60,614 nt of DNA, taken from the NCBI GenBank assembly GCA_964492775.1, contig CAZBLH010000002.1, positions 1 through 60,614 of the forward strand, written 5' to 3'. A program made the translations under genes and the position numbers. Shown piece after piece: positions 27,519 to 36,796 of this stretch. Source of the stretch: an uncultured Eubacteriales bacterium (lineage in GTDB: Bacteria > Actinomycetota > Coriobacteriia > Anaerosomatales > PHET01). The notes beneath the pieces were generated by a model. It was not told the origin of the DNA. It made no database searches and saw only the letters and a list, made by a program, of their open reading frames with translations. The stretch's first letter is position 1, and each line of letters starts with the position of its first letter.

Positions 27519-28467
27519 CCGCGAGAAGCTCGTCATCGGCACGCGCGGAAGCAAATTGGCGCTGTGGCAGTCGGAGTACATCCGCGGGCTGATCGAGGAG
27601 CTGACAGGAATCCCGGTTGAGCTCAAGGTCATCAAGACGACGGGTGACAAGATCCTCGACGTCCCGCTCGCGAAGGTCGGCGGCAAGGGGCTGTTCACAA
27701 AGGAGATCGAGGTGGAGCTCGCCGCTGGGACGGTAGACCTGGCGGTCCACTCGATGAAGGACGTCCCGACGGAGCTGCCTGAGGGCCTCGGCATCCGTAT
27801 GATGCCGCCGCGGGTCGACCCGCGCGACGTCATCGTCTCGGGTGCCGGCTATGACCTCACCACGCTACCCGTTGGGGCGACGCTCGGCACGAGCTCACTC
27901 AGGCGCCGCAGTCAGGTCATCGCGCTGCGGCCCGACCTCAAGATCGTCGACGTGCGTGGCAACCTCGACACCCGGATGCGCAAGGCCGAGACGGGTGAGC
28001 TCGATGCCGTCATCCTCGCCTCCGCCGGAATCACTCGGCTGGGGTGGGAGGACCGGATCACTCACTACATCGAGCCAGATCAGATGGTGTCGGCGGTCGG
28101 CCAGGGGGCGATCGGCGTCGAGATTCGCGAGGACGATGAGTTCATGGCCGAGGTGTGCGCCAAGCTCACGGATGCCGACACGTTCTGCTGCGTTTCTGCC
28201 GAACGCGTCGTGATGCGCAAGCTCGAGGGCGGATGCCAGGTCCCAATCGGCGCGTACGCCCGCATCGTGGGCGGCACGCTCGTAATGGATGCATTCGTCG
28301 GCTCTGTTGACGGGACTCGCCAGGTGCGCGAGCGGCTTGAGGGCAGCGTCGAGGACCCGATCGAGCTTGGCGAGCGCATGGTTGCGCTGCTGCTCGAGCA
28401 TGGTGCTGACGCCATTCTCTCTGAGATCCGCAATGCCGAGGACGTCGACGACCTGCTGAAGACCTGA
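27508..28467 (+). CDS. hemC: Hydroxymethylbilane synthase
   Basis: GTRGSKLALWQ, GKGLFTKE, VHSMKD, GTSSLRR, GGCQVP. Confidence 0.98.
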   Translation: MATSREKLVIGTRGSKLALWQSEYIRGLIEELTGIPVELKVIKTTGDKILDVPLAKVGGKGLFTKEIEVELAAGTVDLAVHSMKDVPTELPEGLGIRMMPPRVDPRDVIVSGAGYDLTTLPVGATLGTSSLRRRSQVIALRPDLKIVDVRGNLDTRMRKAETGELDAVILASAGITRLGWEDRITHYIEPDQMVSAVGQGAIGVEIREDDEFMAEVCAKLTDADTFCCVSAERVVMRKLEGGCQVPIGAYARIVGGTLVMDAFVGSVDGTRQVRERLEGSVEDPIELGERMVALLLEHGADAILSEIRNAEDVDDLLKT

Positions 28468-28476
28468 GGGACCGAA

Positions 28477-29313
28477 GTGTCAGCCGCAGCAGAGAGCTTT
28501 CAGCCTGCACAGGGGGCCGAAGGGCCGCTCTCAGGTCTGACTGTGGTCGTAACGCGCACCGCAGAGCAAGCTGCTGCGCTCGCCGACCCGCTGCGTGCGC
28601 TCGGAGCCGAAGTCATTGCGATGCCGGTGATCGAGATCGCCGATATGCCAGACTCGACCGAGATAGACGAGGCCATCGCCAACATCGATCGCTACGACTG
28701 GCTTGTGCTGACCTCGACGAACGCCGTCGACAGGTTCTTCGCCCGCCTGTCGACAATCGGCCCGCCTGCCGAGGTGTTGCGTGACGTGAGCGTGGCCGCT
28801 GTCGGCCCTGTGAGTGCGGCACGGGTTCAATCCTACGGTGTCGAGCCTGCGGTCGTGCCCAAGGATTTCCGCGCCGAGGGCGTTGTGGAGGCTCTTGGCG
28901 CGCGGCGCATTGGCAGCGGCAGTCGTGTACTGATCCCGCGTGCAGCCGAGGCCCGTGATGTGCTGCCCGAGCAGCTCGGAGCGCTCGGCGCGGAGGTTGA
29001 CGCAATCGACCTGTATCGGCTTGTTCCGGCCGAGCCCGACCCGGAGGCGCTCGAACGCATCGGCACGGGGCAGGTAGATGTCCTGATCTTCGCGAGCGGC
29101 GCGACCGCTCGGCATTTCGTGGGATTGTTGGAGGCCCAAGGCTTCGATGCCGCCAGTGTGTCGGCGACGACAGACATCGCGAGCATCGGTCCGGTCACGA
29201 GTGCGGCCATCCGCGAGCTGGGCTTCTCGGTAGACATCGAGGCCCAGCAGCAGACGGTGGATGCGCTGGTTGCCGAGATCGTTCGACGACTCGGGCACGA
29301 GGACAACGGGTAG
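28477..29313 (+). CDS. hemD: Uroporphyrinogen-III synthase (stand-alone)
   Basis: VVVTR, WLVLTSTNAV, AVGP, IPRA, ASIGPVTS. Confidence 0.93.
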   Translation: MSAAAESFQPAQGAEGPLSGLTVVVTRTAEQAAALADPLRALGAEVIAMPVIEIADMPDSTEIDEAIANIDRYDWLVLTSTNAVDRFFARLSTIGPPAEVLRDVSVAAVGPVSAARVQSYGVEPAVVPKDFRAEGVVEALGARRIGSGSRVLIPRAAEARDVLPEQLGALGAEVDAIDLYRLVPAEPDPEALERIGTGQVDVLIFASGATARHFVGLLEAQGFDAASVSATTDIASIGPVTSAAIRELGFSVDIEAQQQTVDALVAEIVRRLGHEDNG

Positions 29314-29425
29314 CAACACGGCAGGCCCGCAGCGTGCGAGTTGCGCGCTGCGTTGACTTCGGAGGTTCTGCTTGTCATCATATCCTTCGCTTCCGGGCCT
29401 CGGCACGGGAACCGGAGCGCAACAC

Positions 29426-29501
29426 GGGGACGTGGCTCAGTTGGGAGAGCGCTGCCTTCGCACGGCAGAGGTCGGCGGTTCGAATCCGCTCGTCTCCACC
29501 A
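29426..29501 (+). tRNA. tRNA-Ala (anticodon CGC)
   Basis: 76-nt cloverleaf GGGGACG...CGTCTCC-ACCA, G3:U70 pair, anticodon arm CTGCC-TTCGCAC-GGCAG, GGTTCGAATCC T-arm, encoded CCA. Confidence 0.98.
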
Positions 29502-29513
29502 ATGCTTCAGAGT

Positions 29514-29555
29514 CGGGGCGGCGGCGCGAGTCTTGCGCGCGCCGTCCCGTTTTTT
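29514..29555 (+). terminator. Intrinsic terminator after tRNA-Ala
   Basis: GC-rich imperfect stem CGGGGCGGCG...CGCCGTCCCG followed by T6. Confidence 0.8.
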
Positions 29556-29590
29556 CGTGACGAGACCGACACGCAGAAAGGTGTCTTGAT

Positions 29591-29887
29591 ATGGATGCGG
29601 TGCCGATCAGCATTGCCCCCAGCGGCTTCTACGGCTGGCTCCTGCAGTACGGCGGGATTCTGCAGCTGTTCGTCCAGCTCGCGTACTGGATCGGCATGCT
29701 CGTGCTGGTCTTCTACGCGGTGTTCCAGTTCAAGCGCTGGGTGAACTACCAGCTCGGAACCGGCCAGAGCGGCAAGCTGCGTCCCGACCTGGCCGAACCG
29801 TCCGCTCAGCGCTCCGCGCCTGCGCCGGTCGGTCCGCCTGTCAAGGAGCCAGAGTCCCAGGTACCGGTCGAGAAGTTCGTCGAGTAA
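29591..29887 (+). CDS. Small hypothetical membrane protein
   Basis: GAAAGG upstream, hydrophobic helix, host-like codon usage, Pro-rich tail. Confidence 0.75.
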   Translation: MDAVPISIAPSGFYGWLLQYGGILQLFVQLAYWIGMLVLVFYAVFQFKRWVNYQLGTGQSGKLRPDLAEPSAQRSAPAPVGPPVKEPESQVPVEKFVE

Positions 29888-29934
29888 CGCCGCTCAGCGG
29901 CACTGGCAGCCAGAGTCATCCAGGAGGCTATCCG

Positions 29935-30915
29935 ATGCGTTTTCCGCAGTACCGCCCCCGCCGTCTGCGCGCGAATGCGACCATCCGTTCGATGGTTCGC
30001 GAGACCGCGTTGTCGCCGTCCGACCTCATCTACCCGTTGTTCGTGAAGCCCGGTAGTGGCAAGCGAGACGAAATCTCCTCGATGCCCGGCCAGTACCAGC
30101 TGTCCGTAGACATGCTTCCCGCCGAGATCGACGAACTCAATGCGCTCGGCATTCCGGCCGTCATTCTCTTCGGCCTGCCGAGTACGAAGGATGCCTCGGG
30201 AAGTGAGGCGTACGACCCTGATGGGATTGTCCAGCAGGCTATCCGCGCGATCAAGGCGCATGACCCTGAGTTCTACGTGATCACCGACGTCTGCATGTGC
30301 GAGTACACCGACCACGGCCACTGCGGCGTCTTGGACGACTGTGGCTGCGTGATCAACGACGTCACCCTCGAGCTGCTTGCCAAAGAGGCGGTCAGCCATG
30401 CCGAGGCGGGCGCGGACATGGTCGCTCCGAGCGACATGATGGACGGTCGCGTGAGCGCGATCCGTACCGCGCTCGATGACGAGGGCTTCGAGAACGTGCC
30501 GATCATGGCGTACTCGGTGAAGTACGCGAGCGGCTACTATGGCCCGTTCCGCGAGGCCGCCGACAGCGCTCCGGCCTTCGGCGACCGTTCCCAGTACCAG
30601 ATGGACCCGGCGAACGCAGAGGAGGGCATCCGCGAGGCGGCGCTCGACATCGACGAGGGCGCCGACATCGTGATGGTCAAGCCGGCGCTTGCCTACATGG
30701 ACATGATCCGCCGGGTCAAGGACGAGTTCGGGTACCCGACCGCGGCATACAACGTGTCCGGCGAGTACGCAATGGTTAAGGCTGCCGCCGCGAACGGATG
30801 GATCGATGAGCGGCGCCTCGTGCTCGAGACCCTCACGGGGTTCAAGCGGGCTGGTGCAGACCTGATCCTGACCTATCACGCCAAGGATGCGGCTCGCTGG
30901 CTCGCTGGCCAGTAG
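29935..30915 (+). CDS. hemB: Porphobilinogen synthase (Zn type)
   Basis: [40 protein letters not shown]. Confidence 0.98.
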   Translation: MRFPQYRPRRLRANATIRSMVRETALSPSDLIYPLFVKPGSGKRDEISSMPGQYQLSVDMLPAEIDELNALGIPAVILFGLPSTKDASGSEAYDPDGIVQQAIRAIKAHDPEFYVITDVCMCEYTDHGHCGVLDDCGCVINDVTLELLAKEAVSHAEAGADMVAPSDMMDGRVSAIRTALDDEGFENVPIMAYSVKYASGYYGPFREAADSAPAFGDRSQYQMDPANAEEGIREAALDIDEGADIVMVKPALAYMDMIRRVKDEFGYPTAAYNVSGEYAMVKAAAANGWIDERRLVLETLTGFKRAGADLILTYHAKDAARWLAGQ

Positions 30916-30943
30916 GGGCGCGTGAACACGCGCCCCTACTGGC
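30908..30943 (+). other. Long perfect hairpin overlapping the hemB stop codon
   Basis: GCCAGTAGGGGCGCGTG-AA-CACGCGCCCCTACTGGC, 17-bp arms. Confidence 0.75.
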
Positions 30944-31020
30944 GGCGCGGTTATTGCAGGTTGAGTTGAGATGTACCTCACGGGCACGGGCCCGTTCGAC
31001 CGGGTATGCGAGGAGACTTG

Positions 31021-32409
31021 ATGGCTGAGAACGTAGGCGATTCGTCGGCGCGTCCGGACCTCGATCTCGAGGCGGAGTTTGGCGAGGACGAAGGTACGAT
31101 TACCGAACAGGAGATGGCGGAAGCGCAGGCCGGCTGTGGCCAGGCCGCTGTGGGCATTCCGATGTCGGGGGGTCACCCTGCAGGCGTGCCGATGGGTCAT
31201 CCTGCGGGCGTGCCGGGAGGCCCCGGAGAGCGTCAGCGACACGGCGGCGCGCGCAGCGTGGGCTTCCGCCCCGGTGGCGGCCCAGCCGCGCTCGCGTACG
31301 AGCAGCGCACCGGCATCAAAGCGCCGCGCATCATCGCTTGGGAGATCACGCGCAGCTGCAACCTGTCGTGCGCTCACTGCCGGGCTGCCGCCGAGTTCGG
31401 GCACTACGCCGGTGAGCTGTCGCTCGGTGAGATCAAGAGCGTCATCGACGACATCGTCACAATCTCCAACCCCATCCTGATCCTCACGGGCGGCGAGCCC
31501 CTCATGCGCCCCGACATCTGGGACATCGTCGACTACGCGCACGAGAAGGGCTGCATGCCCGTCATCGGCACAAACGCGACCCTCATCACCGACGAGATCG
31601 CGGCGAAGATGGCCGAGCATCGCATCCCCCGGATCTCGGTGTCAATCGACTTCGCCACCGCCGAGGAGCACGACACCTTCCGCGGCCAGCCCGGCTGCTT
31701 CGATGCCTCCATCGAGGGCATCAAGATCGCCAAGCGCCATGGGGTCGGCGTCCAGATCAACACGACCGTCACCACCGAGAACGCGGGCCAGATCGAGGAG
31801 ATCCACGACCTGGCCGAGTCGCTTGGCGTAGACGCGTTCCACATCTTTATGCTCGTACCGACTGGCCGCGGCAGCGACCTGCTTGAGAAGGAGCTGCCGC
31901 CCGAGGAGTACGAGCGTGTGCTCACGTGGGCCTACCATCGCCAGAAGACGAGCCCGCTGCACTTCAAGCCCACTGACTCGCCGCACTACTACCGCATCAT
32001 CAGGCAGCTCGCGAAGGCCGAGGGCAAGAAGGTCACGCGTGAGGAGTACGGTCTCGACGCGATGACACGCGGCTGCTTGGGCGGCATCACCTTCAGCTTC
32101 ATCAGCCACGTCGGCGATGTGCAACCGTGTGGCTACTTCGACATGCAGCTCGGCAACGTGAAGGAGCAGCCGTACTCGGAGATCTGGACCGAGTCCAAAG
32201 TCTTCAACGACCTGCGTGACTACTCGTTGCTCAAGGGTAAGTGCGGCGCATGTGAGTACAAAGCCGTTTGCGGCGGCTGCCGAGCGCGTGCGCTCGAGCT
32301 CACCGGCGACTACCTTGAGGCCGAGCCCTACTGCGCGTACGTTCCGCCCGCATGGAAGGGCGAGTGCGATTTCGATGGCGCCGGCGCGGATACCTCGGCC
32401 GGCAACTGA
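31021..32409 (+). CDS. ahbD: Radical SAM/SPASM heme b synthase of the siroheme-dependent pathway
   Basis: [56 protein letters not shown]; heme cluster context. Confidence 0.85.
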   Translation: MAENVGDSSARPDLDLEAEFGEDEGTITEQEMAEAQAGCGQAAVGIPMSGGHPAGVPMGHPAGVPGGPGERQRHGGARSVGFRPGGGPAALAYEQRTGIKAPRIIAWEITRSCNLSCAHCRAAAEFGHYAGELSLGEIKSVIDDIVTISNPILILTGGEPLMRPDIWDIVDYAHEKGCMPVIGTNATLITDEIAAKMAEHRIPRISVSIDFATAEEHDTFRGQPGCFDASIEGIKIAKRHGVGVQINTTVTTENAGQIEEIHDLAESLGVDAFHIFMLVPTGRGSDLLEKELPPEEYERVLTWAYHRQKTSPLHFKPTDSPHYYRIIRQLAKAEGKKVTREEYGLDAMTRGCLGGITFSFISHVGDVQPCGYFDMQLGNVKEQPYSEIWTESKVFNDLRDYSLLKGKCGACEYKAVCGGCRARALELTGDYLEAEPYCAYVPPAWKGECDFDGAGADTSAGN

Positions 32410-32428
32410 CGTGACGAAAGGACGATCC

Positions 32429-33715
32429 GTGACTCTGCCAAACTCCACTGAGTTCTTCTCGGCAGCCTCGAAAGTCATCCCCGGCGGCGTCAACTCGCCG
32501 GTACGCGCGTACAAGAGCGTGGGAATCGAGCCGCGGTTCGTGAACCGGGCCAAGGGCAGCCGGATCTGGGATATCGACGGTCGGGAGTACGTCGACTTCG
32601 TCGCGAGCTGGGGGCCGATGATCCTCGGCCACGGTGACGACAACGTGCTGGACGCGGTGCGCGGGCAGCTGGAGCTCGGCACGTCGTTCGGCGCGCCGAC
32701 CCCCGCCGAGGTGCTCGCGGCCGAGGCCGTCGTTGCGGCCGTGCCCTCCATCGAGATGGTCCGCTTCGTCTCGAGCGGCACCGAGGCTACCATGAGCGCG
32801 ATCCGGCTGGCGCGCGGTTACACCGGCCGAGAGAAGTTCGTGAAGTTCGACGGCAACTACCATGGCCACTCCGACGCACTGCTTGTCGCTGCGGGAAGCG
32901 GGCTTCTGACGCTAGGCATCCCGTCCACGCCGGGCGTGACGGCGGGGGCTGCTGGGGACACGATCGTGCTGCCGTACAACGACATCGAAGCCGTGCGTGC
33001 GGCATTCGCCGAACAGGGCGAGCAGATCGCTGCAATCATCGTGGAGCCGATCGCCGGCAACATGGGCGTAGTCCCGCCAGTGCCCGGTTTCCTTGAGGGT
33101 CTTCGCGAGATCTGCGACGAGTACGGCGCGGTGCTCATCTTCGATGAGGTCATCTCCGGTTTCCGGGTCGCGCTCGGCGGTGCGCAGGAACTCTACGGCG
33201 TGACGCCGGACCTGACGACGCTCGGCAAGATCATCGGCGGGGGCTTCCCGGTCGGTGCGTTCGGCGGCACGCGCGAGATCATGGAACAGCTCGCGCCGGT
33301 CGGACCCGTGTACCAGGCGGGGACGCTCTCCGGTAACCCGGTCGCAATGGTCGCTGGGCTGGCGACGATCGCCGCGCTCTCCGCGCCGGGCGTCTACGAG
33401 GAGCTTGAGCGCAAGGGCAAGAAGCTCGCCGATGGGCTGTGCCGTGCCGCAGGCAACGCGGCGGTGCACACGAGCTGCAACCGCGTCGGCTCGATGTCGA
33501 CTATGTTCTTCACCCACCTCGACGTCATGAACTGGTCCTCAGCCTCGACCTCAGACACCGAGAAGTACGCCAAGTACTTCAGAGGCATGCTGGACCGCGG
33601 CTTCTGGCTCGCTCCGAGTCAGTTCGAGGCGTGCTTCGTCTCGCTCGCGCACACGGACGAGGAGATTGACGCGTTCATCGAGGCAGCGGGCGAGGTTCTG
33701 GCTACGCTCAGGTAG
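32429..33715 (+). CDS. hemL: Glutamate-1-semialdehyde 2,1-aminomutase
   Basis: [45 protein letters not shown]. Confidence 0.98.
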   Translation: MTLPNSTEFFSAASKVIPGGVNSPVRAYKSVGIEPRFVNRAKGSRIWDIDGREYVDFVASWGPMILGHGDDNVLDAVRGQLELGTSFGAPTPAEVLAAEAVVAAVPSIEMVRFVSSGTEATMSAIRLARGYTGREKFVKFDGNYHGHSDALLVAAGSGLLTLGIPSTPGVTAGAAGDTIVLPYNDIEAVRAAFAEQGEQIAAIIVEPIAGNMGVVPPVPGFLEGLREICDEYGAVLIFDEVISGFRVALGGAQELYGVTPDLTTLGKIIGGGFPVGAFGGTREIMEQLAPVGPVYQAGTLSGNPVAMVAGLATIAALSAPGVYEELERKGKKLADGLCRAAGNAAVHTSCNRVGSMSTMFFTHLDVMNWSSASTSDTEKYAKYFRGMLDRGFWLAPSQFEACFVSLAHTDEEIDAFIEAAGEVLATLR

Positions 33716-33776
33716 CGTCCATCTGTAGAGTCCTCAGCTGTTGCTTTGCTGGCCTGGCGAGTGGGCTGCGGCGTGC

Positions 33777-34193
33777 TCAGTGCCGCTTCTTCTCGGCTTG
33801 GAACTCTCGCACCATCGCGACGGCACGTTCGTCGGGGAGGACTTGGCGCGCCGCATCGAAGAGCGGTCCCTCTTCCTCCTCGATGTGGTGCTCGACGTTC
33901 TCCTTGAGTACGTTGAACTTGGCCATCCAGCGGTCGGTCCCCGGATTGTTGGCTTTCAGTTCTCGGAGGATGAGGTCGCCGACGTGATGCTCTTCGTATC
34001 CCTCGAGAACGGGCTCGTGGGCGGGCTCCGCGTCGCGCAGGGGCCGGTAGAGGACCTCCTCCTCGGCGCGCATATGCGCGGTCAGCTCGTTCGCGAGCTT
34101 CTCGAAGACGCGCGCATCGTAGCCTGATTCGAGCTTGTCCATCATCCCGGCCATCTCCCGGTGGTCCTGCTCCAGCCTCTCGTAGATGTTCAT
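33777..34193 (-). CDS. Hemerythrin-like (HHE) cation-binding protein
   Basis: DH...H...EEEVLY...EEH...HHIEEEE pattern; GAGGAGG RBS. Confidence 0.88.
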   Translation of the reverse strand: MNIYERLEQDHREMAGMMDKLESGYDARVFEKLANELTAHMRAEEEVLYRPLRDAEPAHEPVLEGYEEHHVGDLILRELKANNPGTDRWMAKFNVLKENVEHHIEEEEGPLFDAARQVLPDERAVAMVREFQAEKKRH

Positions 34194-34347
34194 GTCTGTC
34201 GGCCTCCTCAGATCAAGCCTGCGCCGTTGGATACGTGATACTGCTGTGGCGCCACTCTTGTGGCACTACCACCGTTCGGCCGAGGTTTAAACAAGCCGCG
34301 TACACGGGAAGTGACGATAGGTTTGCCGCCACGAAAAGGAGGATGCC

Positions 34348-34752
34348 ATGCGTAACCTCTTCGCCAGCTTCGCTCACTCCGTCTCCAGGCTGACCGGGAC
34401 CCCGTATGCCTTCCTCGGCGCTGCGGCCCTCGTGATCATCTGGGCGCTGTCGGGTCCGATCGTCGGCTACTCTGAGCGATGGCAGTTGATCATCAACACC
34501 GGGACGACCATCGTCACGTTCCTGATGGTGTTCATCATCCAGAGCGCCCAGAACCGTGACCAGGCGGCGGTCCAGCTCAAGCTTGACGAGCTGCTCAGGG
34601 CCGTCACTGCCGCGCGAACGGGGTTCGCTGAGATCGAGGGCCTTTCCGAGGAGGAGATCGAGGCCTTGCGCGAGCGCTTCACGCGCCTTGCCGAGCAGCA
34701 TCGTCGCGAGATTGACGATGCGGTAAACGGAACGGACTTGGAGAAAGACTGA
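34348..34752 (+). CDS. Low-affinity iron permease family small membrane protein
   Basis: WQLIINTGTTIVTFLMVFIIQ..QNRD..A.QLKLDEL signature; AGGAGG RBS. Confidence 0.9.
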   Translation: MRNLFASFAHSVSRLTGTPYAFLGAAALVIIWALSGPIVGYSERWQLIINTGTTIVTFLMVFIIQSAQNRDQAAVQLKLDELLRAVTAARTGFAEIEGLSEEEIEALRERFTRLAEQHRREIDDAVNGTDLEKD

Positions 34753-34818
34753 TATATCATCAATGGACTCCCGAACGGGAGTGGCCGCTCGTTGTTGTCT
34801 CGGAGGTGACCGCACGTA

Positions 34819-35676
34819 ATGAAGGCGATAATCCCGGCCGCCGGTCTCGGTACGCGTTTCCTGCCTGCGACGAAGTCGCAACCCAAGGAGATGCTGCCGG
34901 TGGTCGACACGCCGGTCATCCAGTACGTCGTCGAAGAGGCGGTAGGCGCGGGATCGGCCGAGATGCTGATAGTGACGGGTCGCGGTAAGCGCGCCATCGA
35001 GGACCACTTCGACCGCTCCATCGAACTTGAGGAGCTGCTCCAGGCCAACGGAAACACTGACCGCCTGCGCAAGGTCCAAGCGAGCTCGGAGCTGGCTGAG
35101 GTCTTCTACGTGCGGCAGAAGGAGCCGCGCGGCTTGGGCCATGCCGTACTGTGCGGCGCGCCTTTCGTCGCCGACGAGCCGTTCTTCGTCCTTCTCGGCG
35201 ATGTGATCGTGCCGAGCGGCTGCATCCTTCCCCGGCTTGCCGAGGTGCACGAGCGTACCGGTGCCAGCGTGATTGCAGTCATGCCGGTTCCGGACGAGTT
35301 CGTTTCACGCTACGGCGTCATCGGCGGCAGCGAGATCGAGCCGGGCGTGTGGCGCGTAGACCGCCTTGTCGAGAAGCCGCCTGCAGAAGACGCGCCGAGC
35401 AACTTGGCGATCTTCGGCCGGTACCTGCTCACCCCGCGCGTGATGGAGATTCTGCCCACCATCGCTCCGGGCCGAGGAGGGGAGATCCAGCTGACCGACG
35501 CGCTCGTCGAGCTTGTCGGCCAGGAGGAGATCTACGCGGTCGTCGTCGACCCCTCGGAGGGCTACGATACCGGTAACGTCCTCTCATGGCTGGAGGCGAA
35601 CGTAGCTCTAGCGCTGGAGTCTCCCGAGTACGGGTCGGCACTGCGCGACAGCCTGGCTCGACTTCTCGCCCGGTAA
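34819..35676 (+). CDS. galU: UTP-glucose-1-phosphate uridylyltransferase
   Basis: KAIIPAAGLGTRFLPATKSQPKEMLP, VEKP, GEIQLTDA. Confidence 0.96.
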   Translation: MKAIIPAAGLGTRFLPATKSQPKEMLPVVDTPVIQYVVEEAVGAGSAEMLIVTGRGKRAIEDHFDRSIELEELLQANGNTDRLRKVQASSELAEVFYVRQKEPRGLGHAVLCGAPFVADEPFFVLLGDVIVPSGCILPRLAEVHERTGASVIAVMPVPDEFVSRYGVIGGSEIEPGVWRVDRLVEKPPAEDAPSNLAIFGRYLLTPRVMEILPTIAPGRGGEIQLTDALVELVGQEEIYAVVVDPSEGYDTGNVLSWLEANVALALESPEYGSALRDSLARLLAR

Positions 35677-35706
35677 GAGTTCTATCTACTACGCACGGAG
35701 GCCCGC

Positions 35707-36789
35707 TTGAGACTCATCATCGTTGTAGGTGCGCGCCCGAACTTCATCAAGGTCGCACCACTGATGCCTGCACTGCTTGGCGCAGGCCATGACGCTGCAC
35801 TCGCGCACACCGGCCAGCATTACGACGCCGCGATGTCGGACGTGTTCTTCACCGACCTGGAGATCCCGGAGCCGCGCTGGTTCCTGAACGTCGGCAGCGG
35901 GACACATGCGGTGCAGACCGGCAAGGCGATGATCGCGCTCGAAGAACTCTTCGAAGCGGAGCGCCCGGATGCGGTTATGGTCGTAGGCGATGTCAACTCG
36001 ACGCTCGCAGGCGCGCTCGCGGCAAGCAAGCTCCACATCCCGGTGATTCACCTGGAGGCGGGGCTGAGAAGCTTCGACATGCTCATGCCCGAAGAGATCA
36101 ACCGTCTCGTCGCGGATCAGCTCTCCAGCCTGCATCTCACGCCCACGCTCGAGGCAAGCGAGAACCTGAGACGCGAAGGTGTCGAAGACGATCGCATCCA
36201 CTTCGTCGGTAACATCATGGCCGAGAGTGTTCTGCGCAGCGCCGACAAGGCGGCCGAACGACCTGGCCCTGCCGCATTCGGTCTGAGGCCGGGCGGTTAC
36301 GTGCTGGCGACGGTGCACCGCCCCGAGAACACCGACCACCCCGAGAGCCTGTCCGAGATCGCCGCAGCGCTCGGCGAGCTCCCCCTCCCGGTGCTGTTCC
36401 CGACGCACCCTCGCACACGCCCGAAGCTGCGCGAGTACATCGCCGAGGGCGAGAACGTGATACTCACGGACCCCGTCGGCTACCTCGACATGCTCGCGCT
36501 CCAGAGCTCGGCGGCCGCCATCGTCACCGACTCGGGCGGCATCCAGGAGGAGAGCTGCATGCTGCACACGCCTTGCGTAACAGTGCGGCGCAACACCGAG
36601 CGCGGCATTACCTGCGAGGTCGGCGCGAATGAGCTCGTGCGAGCCGACAAGGACGCGATCTTGGCTGCCTCGGCCAGGGCTCTCGTCAAGACGCGCGACT
36701 GGCAGCTCCCAGGCCGCTGGGACACAGAGGTCGGCGCGCGCATCGCGGAAGTCCTCGAGTCGGGGCTCATCCCACCGAGAGGTGCGTGA
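35707..36789 (+). CDS. Non-hydrolysing UDP-GlcNAc 2-epimerase family, WbpI/WlbD-like subtype
   Basis: GARPNFIK, HTGQHYD, GDVNST, EAGLRSFD..MPEEINR, TDSGGIQEE. Confidence 0.9.
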   Translation: MRLIIVVGARPNFIKVAPLMPALLGAGHDAALAHTGQHYDAAMSDVFFTDLEIPEPRWFLNVGSGTHAVQTGKAMIALEELFEAERPDAVMVVGDVNSTLAGALAASKLHIPVIHLEAGLRSFDMLMPEEINRLVADQLSSLHLTPTLEASENLRREGVEDDRIHFVGNIMAESVLRSADKAAERPGPAAFGLRPGGYVLATVHRPENTDHPESLSEIAAALGELPLPVLFPTHPRTRPKLREYIAEGENVILTDPVGYLDMLALQSSAAAIVTDSGGIQEESCMLHTPCVTVRRNTERGITCEVGANELVRADKDAILAASARALVKTRDWQLPGRWDTEVGARIAEVLESGLIPPRGA

Positions 36790-36796
36790 GTCCCGC

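Noticed and set aside
26070-27833. Long antisense ORFs (587 aa here, 604 aa at 29806-31620, 502 aa at 15739-17247)
   Set aside because: Shadows of high-GC3 sense genes with no recognisable motifs.
29426-29501. tRNA as integration site of an island
   Set aside because: No integrase and no duplicated tRNA 3' end seen; both flanks are core hem genes.
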